A program made the position numbers and the translations under genes. Of a DNA stretch of 64,000 bases, positions 38,409 through 47,223 are shown one piece after another (position 1 is the first letter of the stretch; each line of letters opens with the position of its first letter). Below the pieces are notes generated by a model. That model was not told the origin of the DNA. It worked only from the letters and a program-made list of their open reading frames with translations, and ran no database searches. This DNA is from Thermoproteota archaeon. GTDB taxonomy: Archaea; Korarchaeota; Korarchaeia; Korarchaeales; Korarchaeaceae. The stretch is taken from assembly GCA_026986575.1 (NCBI GenBank), contig JALSOH010000006.1:288001-352000 (forward strand). Direction: 5' to 3'.

Positions 38409-39160
38409 TTCCTATCCCTCAGGACGTACTTGTATGGCTTCCCGTTGCCTACCCTCTCCACAAGCTCCTCCTTTTCCAAGTCCTTTATGTACCTCCTCAC
38501 GGTCACTTCGGCCAGCCCGAGCTCCGAAGCTATGGCTATGGTCCTCATGGGTTTGGCTGCCTTCTCGAGGACCTCGAGCACCCTATATCTCCCCGTAGCT
38601 CTAGGCATCATCACATTCTTGAGCGATTCGACCTCCTCCCTGCAGAGATCCTTCTCCGCCTTAGCCAGCGCAAGCTGGTACATGAGGGTAGCGAACAGGC
38701 CCAATGTTCTCTCGGCAACACCGTTACCGGCGGAGGGACCCAGCGCCTTGGGGGCCCACTTGAGATAATCGTTCAGCACCTTACTCATCGCATCTATCAG
38801 TGAGGAGAACATGGCCTCCATGGAGTCCCTGGCGGCCTGTGTGAGCAACCTCACCTCAGCTTCGTCCAACTCCCTAATATCCCCAGCCTTTATGAGAAAT
38901 TCGACGTCCTGCTGGAACTGATTGGCGAATCTATCCCTATTCATCCTGAAATGATCGGTCAATTTGTCGGTAAGGAGGCTGGGAATGTGATTCACCGCCT
39001 CCAAGCTCTTCTTAAAGGATGAGATGAGTTCGTAGAGGGGGCCCTCGTTTAGGGGGAACGTTTTGTTTAGTCGGTCCAAGTGATTGATGACTCTGGTCCT
39101 CATTTCCGGCGAGAGACTGTTTAAAAGATCCTTGAAGTCGTCTCGTAAATTCCCGGCCAA
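38366..39160 (-). CDS. Helical protein with C-terminal winged HTH
   Basis: IASELGLAEVTVRRYIKDLEKEELVER..GKPYKY. Confidence 0.75.
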   Translation of the reverse strand: MAGNLRDDFKDLLNSLSPEMRTRVINHLDRLNKTFPLNEGPLYELISSFKKSLEAVNHIPSLLTDKLTDHFRMNRDRFANQFQQDVEFLIKAGDIRELDEAEVRLLTQAARDSMEAMFSSLIDAMSKVLNDYLKWAPKALGPSAGNGVAERTLGLFATLMYQLALAKAEKDLCREEVESLKNVMMPRATGRYRVLEVLEKAAKPMRTIAIASELGLAEVTVRRYIKDLEKEELVERVGNGKPYKYVLRDRNWRKKLIEQRKKGK

Positions 39161-39215
39161 TTTGGAATCCCCTCTATCGATGCTGGGGTTGAACTAAAAA
39201 CCTAATTTTCATACT

Positions 39216-40028
39216 TCACTCTACATTTAAAGGTCTCACTAAAAAATCCACACGTATTTTGTACACTCTAGGAGCATAGCTGGAGACAATGCGGTGACCT
39301 ACGGAGGTGGCCTCTAAACCTAGGGAAGTAGCCTCCTTCCTGAACATCTCTTCGGCCTCCGAGAGGGCCTCATCTCCCCCCCAGTAGTAAAAGTGAACGA
39401 CACCTCTCCCTCCCCTGAGCGCCCGGAGGGCGTGACCGATGAAGGCGTAAGCTCCCTTAGGCAGGGGCATGACCACCCTGTTGAATTTGCCGTACATGGC
39501 GGGCGTGACGTAAGCCACATCCCCCTCAACGGGGAAGACGAGGTGCCCTACCCTGTTGAGGATAACATTCTCTTGGAAGTACTTGACAGCTGTCGGGTTC
39601 AACTCGATCCCGACCACTTGGGCCCTCCTGCGCTTGGCGATGGCGATCGCGTAGGGGCCGGCTCCCGCAAACATCACCAGCACCAGCTCCCCATCCCTCA
39701 CGCTTTCCGCCACCAGCTGCCTCTCGGTCGATTCCCTGGGGGAGAAGTACACCCTACGGGGATCAAGCTTTATCCTGTATCCGTGTTCCTTGTGGATGAC
39801 CTCAGTCTCCTCGCTGCCGGCCAAGAGCTTCAGGGGCCTCACCCTGAACTCACCCTCTCTAGCCCCCGCTTTCAACAAAACGGACTTGACGTGGGGATGG
39901 CGACTCATCACCTCCTTAGCTGCCTCCTTCGGGTCCATGTCGTCGGGTACTTCTACGATGGCCACGGCTCCCGTTTCCCTAGAGCCTATGAGATCGTAAG
40001 GTATCCTAAGTCCCTTTTTCTTATCCAA
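39216..40028 (-). CDS. trm5: tRNA G37 methyltransferase, Trm5/Taw family
   Basis: Motifs HKEHG, YFSPR..ER, MFAGAGPY, ELNP, VMPLPK. Confidence 0.85.
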   Translation of the reverse strand: MDKKKGLRIPYDLIGSRETGAVAIVEVPDDMDPKEAAKEVMSRHPHVKSVLLKAGAREGEFRVRPLKLLAGSEETEVIHKEHGYRIKLDPRRVYFSPRESTERQLVAESVRDGELVLVMFAGAGPYAIAIAKRRRAQVVGIELNPTAVKYFQENVILNRVGHLVFPVEGDVAYVTPAMYGKFNRVVMPLPKGAYAFIGHALRALRGGRGVVHFYYWGGDEALSEAEEMFRKEATSLGLEATSVGHRIVSSYAPRVYKIRVDFLVRPLNVE

Positions 40029-40782
40029 GACCGTACACCTTCATGGCGTTTCCGGTTGTTATCTCTGCCAAATCCTCTACATCAACCCCCTTCATTTCGG
40101 CCACGAACTTTGCTGAGATCCTGATGTTCGCAGGTTCGTTCCTCTCCTTGGGGTTGGGAGCGAGCACAGGTGAGTCGGACTCCAGCACCATGTGATCCAC
40201 TGGAGTGGCCCTAGCCACCTTCTGAACGTTGTTGGATCTTACCACGTTGGTGGGGACACTGATAATCCATCCCCTCTCCACCGCAAACCTGACATCCTCC
40301 GGGGTCCCTCCAAACGCATGTAGGATGATCCTCTCAGCCCCTTCCTCATCTAACACTCTTAGAACGGGTCTTTGGGCCCACAGGCTGTGAATTACCAATG
40401 GTTTGTCCAGTTCTTTGGCGAGCCTTATGAAGAGCCTAAACACCTCCTTCTGCTTCTCTTTCGGGGGACCACCGGACCTTAGAATTCTGTAATCCAGTCC
40501 CACCTCTCCTACCGCAACTATCTCATTGGCGTGGGCCCTTATCAGGTCCATGGTAATCTCCACCTCCTCCTCGTCCCCGTACTCAGCGACATCTAATCCA
40601 ATAGACACCTTCACCAGCTGATGTCCCCTGAACAATCTTAGAGCCTTCTCCGCATCTTCTGGGTAAATGGGAGAGGTCACTATGCCCACTAGTCCAGCTT
40701 CTCTCGCCCTCTCAATCACTTCATCTCTATCCCCGTCGAAGGCCTCCTCCTCGAGGTGACAGTGGGCGTCAAATAACCTCAT
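40021..40782 (-). CDS. tatD: TatD-family nuclease
   Basis: Motifs DAHCHL, GEVGLDY, VIHS, LESDSP, NEP. Confidence 0.9.
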   Translation of the reverse strand: MRLFDAHCHLEEEAFDGDRDEVIERAREAGLVGIVTSPIYPEDAEKALRLFRGHQLVKVSIGLDVAEYGDEEEVEITMDLIRAHANEIVAVGEVGLDYRILRSGGPPKEKQKEVFRLFIRLAKELDKPLVIHSLWAQRPVLRVLDEEGAERIILHAFGGTPEDVRFAVERGWIISVPTNVVRSNNVQKVARATPVDHMVLESDSPVLAPNPKERNEPANIRISAKFVAEMKGVDVEDLAEITTGNAMKVYGLG

Positions 40783-41666
40783 CACACTACCTCCCTCTCG
40801 AGCCTCTCCTTCAGCCTGCAGAAGGCGCAAACCCTGCCCGATGTCGGGTAACCGCACTTCTCGCACAAATTAATCTTGCGTGGTGGGGGTTCAGCCATCT
40901 TCGCAAGCTCCCTCAAACTGCTCACGAAATTGACTAGGGATGAGGGCCACTTCTTCCTGACCTGATTAAGTAGGGGTTTGATTTCGGCCTGCTTATCCCT
41001 TCCCTCGTAAGGACACTTGGTGACGCAGGTTGGAAGACCCTTCATCTTCACGTAGTTCAAGGCGTCGGAATCACTGACCCAGAAGAGGGGCTTTACCTTT
41101 CCAGCCATCTTGTACTCAGGCATAGGCTTGGTGACGGAATCGTACTGGTAGAAGAGGTAATCTAGGGAATGAGTGATGAGGTTGTTGAACCCGAAGTAGG
41201 CCATGTCATCCAAGTTATGGCCTGTAGCGACGTAATCGTACCCCCTCTCCACAGCGTACCTATTCAACAGGTACCTGTTGACCACCCCGCAGACGAAACA
41301 GGCGGCCCTAGGATCAGGAGGGACCTTTATCCCCCATTCTCTCAAATCTATGACAACCCCTTCCATCCTCAGCTCCTCGGTTAGAGATTTGAAGACCTCG
41401 AGGCAATCGGGGGCCAAGCCAGTGTACACTATCGCAGCCCCCAGCTTGAGCCGGTACTTGGGTGCGACTAGGCTGGATGCATGCAGGGCTGCCACGGAAT
41501 CCTTTCCGCCTGACACCCCGAACAGGAGGGAACTACCTTTCCCGACCCTCCTCAACACGCGGTCAACTCTTTTCAGGAAATACCTTTCGAAGTGCTCCTC
41601 GCAAACCCAATCACCTAAATTCTCCACGAATATGGTACCTTCACGCTGGCAGTAGTGGCATTTCAT
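40782..41666 (-). CDS. tRNA 2-thiolation protein (TtuA/Ncs6 family)
   Basis: Terminal zinc fingers; SGGKDS PP-loop; CFVC, GHNLDD, CPY. Confidence 0.88.
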   Translation of the reverse strand: MKCHYCQREGTIFVENLGDWVCEEHFERYFLKRVDRVLRRVGKGSSLLFGVSGGKDSVAALHASSLVAPKYRLKLGAAIVYTGLAPDCLEVFKSLTEELRMEGVVIDLREWGIKVPPDPRAACFVCGVVNRYLLNRYAVERGYDYVATGHNLDDMAYFGFNNLITHSLDYLFYQYDSVTKPMPEYKMAGKVKPLFWVSDSDALNYVKMKGLPTCVTKCPYEGRDKQAEIKPLLNQVRKKWPSSLVNFVSSLRELAKMAEPPPRKINLCEKCGYPTSGRVCAFCRLKERLEREVV

Positions 41667-41725
41667 CGCTAACACCGGACAAACTATTTATATAACTTCC
41701 TCGATTTAAAGGGAGGAGGATCTGG

Positions 41726-41860
41726 GGGGCCGTGGCCCAGCCTGGCTCTCCCCCCATGATTGGGGGAACGCCCTGGAAAGGTAGGGCGGCGGGCTCCAGT
41801 CATTGGAGCACTGAGGGGGAGACCCGTAGGACGTGGGTTCAAGTCCCACCGGCCCCACCA
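41726..41860 (+). tRNA. trnW: tRNA-Trp(CCA) with two introns (41743-41778 at 17/17a; 41800-41821 at 37/38) and encoded CCA end
   Basis: Acceptor GGGGCCG/CGGCCCC, D stem GCCC/GGGC, anticodon stem GCGGG/CCCGT with loop CT-CCA-G|A, T arm GTGGG-TTCAAGT-CCCAC. Both introns fit bulge-helix-bulge geometry; spliced length is 77 nt. Confidence 0.93.
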
Positions 41861-41879
41861 CCTCCGTTCTACAGGGGGC

Positions 41880-43331
41880 GTGGTCCCGACGAACATTGCG
41901 GCTGTTAGATCCTTGGACAGGGATGTGAGGGATGCGGTCAAACACACCTTGAACTCACTGGGCCTATTCTGGGAGGAGGTGGATGAACCAGATCCCCTGA
42001 AGCACTCCGTGGCCATATTCCCCGAGGCCACCGAATTCGTCCCCGTAACTATCCCCTCGATATTCGTGGGCGAGACGGCTCTCTCCTACTACGGGGGAGA
42101 TAAGACGGAAGTGAAGAAATCCCCACCTGAGCCTGCAGGCTTCATGGTAGTGGACAGGATAAAGATACCCTACTTCGGAGCCAAGTATGATCTAGAAGGC
42201 GAGAGATTGCTCAGACAGGCCCCTCTCTACTCCAAGGATTCGCACCTCCTCTTGGGATACGACCTCTTCAGGAATGTGAGCTACTTCCTAAAGGGGGCCG
42301 AGTCCTCCTTGGGCATGAAGAGGATAAGGACCAGCGACAGGCGCTTCAACCCCAAGGTCCTGGAGGACCTTAGAGGGGTCCCCGTATCCACCCCTATAGT
42401 TGATATGCATGCTAAGTTCCTCCTCTTCTCCATCCTCCTCCTCCACAAAAGGGAGAGACTCCCTCTCATAATGAAACAAATCCCCCCTTCTGGCTATAAG
42501 GGGGGAATGTCCGTCTCCATTCCCATATACAGGACGGGGCGTTCCGGCCTGAAGTTCGACCTGAGAAGGGTGCTTCGAAGAACGGAATCTTGGATAGAGA
42601 GGTTGATTAAGGGAACCGAGGACCTCACGTTCTTCGTGGGAAGGGGAGAGGACTACACTCCGACTAAGATCAGGGACCTGCTCGTATCGATGGAGGAGAG
42701 CGGTCATGAGGTGGGCCTCTTGGCCTCAGTCAGGGCCTCCATAGATCACATGTCGATGGCCGAGGAGTACGAGGAGGTGGCCACCCTCATAAAGAGGGGG
42801 GGCATAGGGATCAGGTTCAAGGGTATAGCCTCTACTCTAATGGACGCTTGGAAGTCGGCGGTGTACGTCGAGGCGGGATACGTACTTGCAGGCGAGATCG
42901 CTGGGGTATTCGGGTTCCCAATAGGCATCGGATGCCCATTCAAGCCTAACGGCCTTGTCTGGAACATCCCACTCGTGGGGAGGGTCTCTGATAGAGGGTC
43001 AGCTTCGAGAGCAGCGGAGTTTGTGGCCAATTGGGGATGTATGGTGGCAGTCGATGCTATTGACGAGTTATCCATCCTCTCTCTCCTCAGAAACGCTCGC
43101 GAGAGAGGAATATGGGTCGCCCCGCCCAGCACCCTAGTTGAGAGGTTCAGGGCGGTGAGCGACGTGAAGGGGACCTTCAGGTACGATAGGAAGTACTTGG
43201 AGGGTAAGATAGTGCCCTATGGTAATGTGAAAGACCTTCAACTCAGGGTGATAAATCCCGAGGGCAAGGACTCCGTCATGAGGATTGATCTGGAGGCTGG
43301 GAAATCGCACGAGATCAGAATCCCCGTATAG
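41880..43331 (+). CDS. Degenerate polysaccharide-deacetylase-like protein
   Basis: Motifs P.VD, TFFV, GHEVGLL, GIRF, GFPIGIGCPF. Start placed at GTG 41880, just after the tRNA. Confidence 0.65.
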   Translation: MVPTNIAAVRSLDRDVRDAVKHTLNSLGLFWEEVDEPDPLKHSVAIFPEATEFVPVTIPSIFVGETALSYYGGDKTEVKKSPPEPAGFMVVDRIKIPYFGAKYDLEGERLLRQAPLYSKDSHLLLGYDLFRNVSYFLKGAESSLGMKRIRTSDRRFNPKVLEDLRGVPVSTPIVDMHAKFLLFSILLLHKRERLPLIMKQIPPSGYKGGMSVSIPIYRTGRSGLKFDLRRVLRRTESWIERLIKGTEDLTFFVGRGEDYTPTKIRDLLVSMEESGHEVGLLASVRASIDHMSMAEEYEEVATLIKRGGIGIRFKGIASTLMDAWKSAVYVEAGYVLAGEIAGVFGFPIGIGCPFKPNGLVWNIPLVGRVSDRGSASRAAEFVANWGCMVAVDAIDELSILSLLRNARERGIWVAPPSTLVERFRAVSDVKGTFRYDRKYLEGKIVPYGNVKDLQLRVINPEGKDSVMRIDLEAGKSHEIRIPV

Positions 43332-44181
43332 CCTCTTTAGAAAGCCTGTGGGCTAGTATGAGGGGTAGGGGCTGCTTTCCTTCCCTCCAGAACTTCTTGG
43401 ATATTTCTATACTGCTCTCCAAGTCTATTAGGTGACCCGGGGAGACGAATGCTCTCCCCACAACGGCACCGACCACCCTGCCTTGGAGGAGGACGCGGTC
43501 CCCCTCCAATCTCCCCACCAGCTTAGACTTCGCAACTCCGATGGAGGACTTTCCCAGAAGCAACCCTAGATGTGAAGCCTCCCCTAGCATCCTCGGATGG
43601 GAAAGACCGTGTCCATCCACAAATATCACATCAAAATCACATTTGAGGGCGGAGGGGAGCATACCCCTCAACTCCCTGAAGGCTAGGTAGGTTGGCACAT
43701 AAGGTATTTGGGGTATGAATCTCTCGTAAGCCACCCCGACGATCTCCAATTTGGAATCAACCGAGACACAGGTTGCGACAGCCTCCTCGCTCCCATAACT
43801 GACATCGACACCGGCAGCCACTTCCACTTCTTTCAGGGATCTTAGATCCAGCCTCGAGGAGAGCATTAGCTGAGCCTCCGCCATCAGCCGGAAGACGGGC
43901 CAGGCCCTAATATCGTGGAAGAACTTCCTCTCCCTGAGACGTTCGAGTCCTCCCTCCTCCCTGATTCTCTTCAAGGCTCCTGGAAGTGGTTTACCGTCTG
44001 AGGACACAGCCCTCCACCAGGGAACATGAGGTGCGAGGTTAGACAACCTCAGGCACTCATTTCTCACAGCGAGAGCGGCCCTGACATCCCCAAGGGCTGA
44101 GGCTATGTCACCGAATGAAGATACCCTACCCGGGGGGATGCTCTGCAAGGCCTCAGCAAGTATCTCTTGGAAGCGCGTCAG
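43315..44181 (-). CDS. nfi: Alkyltransferase-like (ATL) domain fused to endonuclease V
   Basis: IPPGRVSSFGDIA..VPWWRAV (no catalytic Cys), then GVDVSY, YVPTYLAFRE, VDGHG..HPR, GVAK. The ORF track start is TTG 44148; CTG 44181 fits better. Confidence 0.88.
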   Translation of the reverse strand: MTRFQEILAEALQSIPPGRVSSFGDIASALGDVRAALAVRNECLRLSNLAPHVPWWRAVSSDGKPLPGALKRIREEGGLERLRERKFFHDIRAWPVFRLMAEAQLMLSSRLDLRSLKEVEVAAGVDVSYGSEEAVATCVSVDSKLEIVGVAYERFIPQIPYVPTYLAFRELRGMLPSALKCDFDVIFVDGHGLSHPRMLGEASHLGLLLGKSSIGVAKSKLVGRLEGDRVLLQGRVVGAVVGRAFVSPGHLIDLESSIEISKKFWREGKQPLPLILAHRLSKEAIRGF

Positions 44182-44228
44182 CCTGATCCCTCACCACCGT
44201 TTTAAATAACGAACCCAAAGTTAAAGGG

Positions 44229-46139
44229 ATGATCACAGACCCACTCGGCTCCATGAAATCAGCTCTAGCTGGTGAAGTGAATAAAGCCCTCTCAGAGATG
44301 GAGGTGGAGGAGTCCTTCTCCTCCCTCCAAGTGGCTCGATCCCCTAAGGATACCGATGTCTATGGACTACCGGTCGGATTTAAAATAGCTAGATACTTGA
44401 AGAGGAAGCCGGAGGAAGCGGCGCTTTTAGTGGCTGAGAGGATAGATGCCTCCAGCATACCGTATACTGAGGAAGTGAGGGTTGAAAATGGATACCTTAA
44501 CGTGAGGATTTCTCGTGAGGTCCTCTTCAAGGATGTCCTCTACCTGGCGTCTAGGGAGGAGCTGGGCAGGGGGGAGAGGAAGGGAGAGAGGCTCATGGTG
44601 GAGCACACCAGCGTAAACCCAGTGCATCCCCTACACGTAGGCAGCGGGAGGAACGCTATAATAGGCGACTCCTTCGCCCGAATATTGGACTTCCTAGGCT
44701 GGGATGTTAGGAGGCACTATCTAGTGAACGATTGTAACCTGCAAGTCGCGATACTAGCAGCTGGCAGGTCCAAGATGAGGCATCTCAAACCGAAGGGGAA
44801 GCTGGATCACTGGTTCGGTCTAATATACGCCATGGCTAATGCGGTACTGGAGATAAACAGGATCAAGAGAGGTGAATCCGAGGAGGGGAATCTGAAGGAG
44901 TGGGAGGAGACCATAGAAAGGGTTAGAGCCCAAGATCCTGAGATAGCCGGGGGACTAGCCGAGCTTGACGACCGCTACGTCATGGATCTCCTGAAGAGGT
45001 ATCAGTCCGGGGACCCCGATGCGAGGGAGGTCTTCAGGGAAGTTGCGGAGTCGGTCCTTAGAGGTTTTCTCCAGACCTTGGGCAGGATGGGCATAGCCTA
45101 CGATCAGTTCGACTGGGAGAGCGAGCTCATATGGAAGAGTTGGGTGAGGAAATCCCTAGAGAAGCTAGAATCCTCCGGTTATCTGGGTAGGGACGGTGAA
45201 GCGATATACGTTGATCTCGGGAGGGCGATCAGGGAGAGAGAGGATGTCAGGAGGATATTCGGGCTGACGGAAGACGAGATAAGGAAATTAGAGGAGGAAG
45301 GCAGGCTGGAGGAGGTGGTTCCTGTGAGGTTCTACCTCACCAGATCGGACGGTACGTGGCTGTATACGGGAACGGATGTAGCTTACTCTCTCTTTAAGGT
45401 GGAGGCTACCGATGTCAGGAGGTGCTATAACGTGATCGCCACTGAGCAGACCTTAGAGCAGAAGGAGGTGAGGGCGAGCCTCGCCCTGATGGGCTACGAT
45501 CCGGACTTCCTTGTACACTTCGCTTACGAGATGGTCAACTTGGTCGGGGTGAGGATGTCTGGAAGGAAGGCCCTCTATATAACGTTAGACGATCTCTTGA
45601 ACGAGGCGAAGGCCAAGGTGATGAAGATACTTGAGGAGAGGGGGATGAGCAGGGATCCGGAGATAGAGGAGATAGCAGAGAGAGTAGCTGTAGGCGCCCT
45701 GAAGTATGCCTTGATCAATGTCTCCCCGACCAAGGTGGTCCAGTTTAGATGGGAGAGGGTCCTAGACTTCGAGACGAACAGTGGGCCCTTCGTCCAGTAC
45801 TCCTACACTAGGGCCCATAACATCCTGAAAAAGGCAGGAGAGATCCCTGAATCCTTCGATCCGTCCGAATTATCGTCCGATCTGGAGGTATCCCTAGTTT
45901 ACATGCTGGCAGAGTTCCCGGAGAAGGTGAGGAGTGCTTACCAGCTTCTAAGACCGGATCTGATCTCCCAATACGCTAATGAGCTGGCCTCGAACTTCAA
46001 TAAGTTCTACGAGACCCATCCGGTTATCAACGCTCCTAAGGGAACGAGGGAAGCTAGGATGTGGCTCGTCATGGGAGTGAGAGGTGTCCTAGGGAAGGCG
46101 CTAGACCTCATTGGCGTGCCAAGGCTGGAGAGGATGTAA
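44229..46139 (+). CDS. argS: Arginyl-tRNA synthetase
   Basis: EHTSVNPVHPLHVGSGRN (HIGH), MSGRK, NSGPFVQYSYTRA. Confidence 0.95.
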   Translation: MITDPLGSMKSALAGEVNKALSEMEVEESFSSLQVARSPKDTDVYGLPVGFKIARYLKRKPEEAALLVAERIDASSIPYTEEVRVENGYLNVRISREVLFKDVLYLASREELGRGERKGERLMVEHTSVNPVHPLHVGSGRNAIIGDSFARILDFLGWDVRRHYLVNDCNLQVAILAAGRSKMRHLKPKGKLDHWFGLIYAMANAVLEINRIKRGESEEGNLKEWEETIERVRAQDPEIAGGLAELDDRYVMDLLKRYQSGDPDAREVFREVAESVLRGFLQTLGRMGIAYDQFDWESELIWKSWVRKSLEKLESSGYLGRDGEAIYVDLGRAIREREDVRRIFGLTEDEIRKLEEEGRLEEVVPVRFYLTRSDGTWLYTGTDVAYSLFKVEATDVRRCYNVIATEQTLEQKEVRASLALMGYDPDFLVHFAYEMVNLVGVRMSGRKALYITLDDLLNEAKAKVMKILEERGMSRDPEIEEIAERVAVGALKYALINVSPTKVVQFRWERVLDFETNSGPFVQYSYTRAHNILKKAGEIPESFDPSELSSDLEVSLVYMLAEFPEKVRSAYQLLRPDLISQYANELASNFNKFYETHPVINAPKGTREARMWLVMGVRGVLGKALDLIGVPRLERM

Positions 46140-46146
46140 AACACCC

Positions 46147-46839
46147 TCATCCCCTAGTTCTCTTCATCTCATTGGTCTTGGCGTACTCGCACACGTCCCT
46201 GAGGGGGCACTCCTCGCACTTAGGGTTCTTCGGACGGCAGTACACCCTTCCCAACTTTATCAGGAGGAGATGCGCCCTCAAGTAATCTTCTGGATCGAAC
46301 AACCTCATCAGCGACCCTCTTATCTCCTCGTAATCGTCACTATTTGCTAGACCCAGTCTGACTGCCACCCTAGTGATGTGTCTGTCCACCGCCATGGTGG
46401 GTTTCCTCCCAGTTACGCTGAGTAACACATCAGCGGTCTTGGGTCCGACACCAGGAAGGCTGATCAGCTCCCTCCTAGCCTCCTCAAGATCCTTCTCCAG
46501 TATTCTCTCTAGTCTGCCACCGCTTAGGAGGGAGGCAACCCTTTTGATGACCCTCGCTTTCTGTCTATAAAGGCCCGCTGGTCTCAGGGCATCCTCCAGC
46601 TCCCTCAAGCTGAGTTTCTCTATCCTCTCAGGATCTATCCTACCAAGAATCTCCTTCAATCTCTTCATGGCCTTCGCAGTGTTCTTATCGTTGGTGTTCT
46701 GGGAGACTATGGTCGTTACCAGCACCTCAAATGGGTTTCTGGACTTGCTGGCCATAAGGGAGACGAACTCCTCCTCTCTGAAGTCTAAAGCTTCCTCCAG
46801 CCTTCTCAGGATCGCCTTCCCATCCACACGCTCGATCAA
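46147..46839 (-). CDS. nth: Endonuclease III
   Basis: Motifs SQNTND, LPGVGPKTA, VDRH; FeS motif C-x6-C-x2-C-x5-C. Confidence 0.93.
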   Translation of the reverse strand: MIERVDGKAILRRLEEALDFREEEFVSLMASKSRNPFEVLVTTIVSQNTNDKNTAKAMKRLKEILGRIDPERIEKLSLRELEDALRPAGLYRQKARVIKRVASLLSGGRLERILEKDLEEARRELISLPGVGPKTADVLLSVTGRKPTMAVDRHITRVAVRLGLANSDDYEEIRGSLMRLFDPEDYLRAHLLLIKLGRVYCRPKNPKCEECPLRDVCEYAKTNEMKRTRG

Positions 46840-47219
46840 CTCAACTCCTCCTTCAGCTTGGAAGCGAACCTCTTCTCATTAACTATGAAGCGGTGATGCT
46901 CTCCCTCACCTATGAGCTTCCCCTTCCAGTAGACTTCGACCCTGAAGACCAGCTTCCTCTCATCTACGTCAACGAGGATCGCCTTCACCTTGACCTCACC
47001 ACCGACTGGAGCAGGAGCCCTGTGGAACACGCACACGTACGTGCCCACGGTGGTGTAACCTTTCTCCAAGTAAGGCTCCACGGTTCTGTGGCACGAGATC
47101 TCCATAAGAGCTATCATGCTGGGGGTGGAGAGGACCCCGATCCCTAAATGGCCCGCGGCCATGTTCTCCTCAACTAGGTAAGTGAACTCGCCAGTAAGGC
47201 CGGGCCTCACACCTGACAT
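46836..47219 (-). CDS. FlK-like hot-dog thioesterase
   Basis: Motifs STPSMIALME, TVG..V.H.AP, GEHHRFIV. Confidence 0.88.
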   Translation of the reverse strand: MSGVRPGLTGEFTYLVEENMAAGHLGIGVLSTPSMIALMEISCHRTVEPYLEKGYTTVGTYVCVFHRAPAPVGGEVKVKAILVDVDERKLVFRVEVYWKGKLIGEGEHHRFIVNEKRFASKLKEELS

Positions 47220-47223
47220 CGCT

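Noticed and set aside
41760-41879. N-terminal 40 codons of the 523-aa ORF and the antisense ORFs at 41684-42031
   Set aside because: They overlap the tRNA-Trp gene; the true start is more likely GTG 41880.
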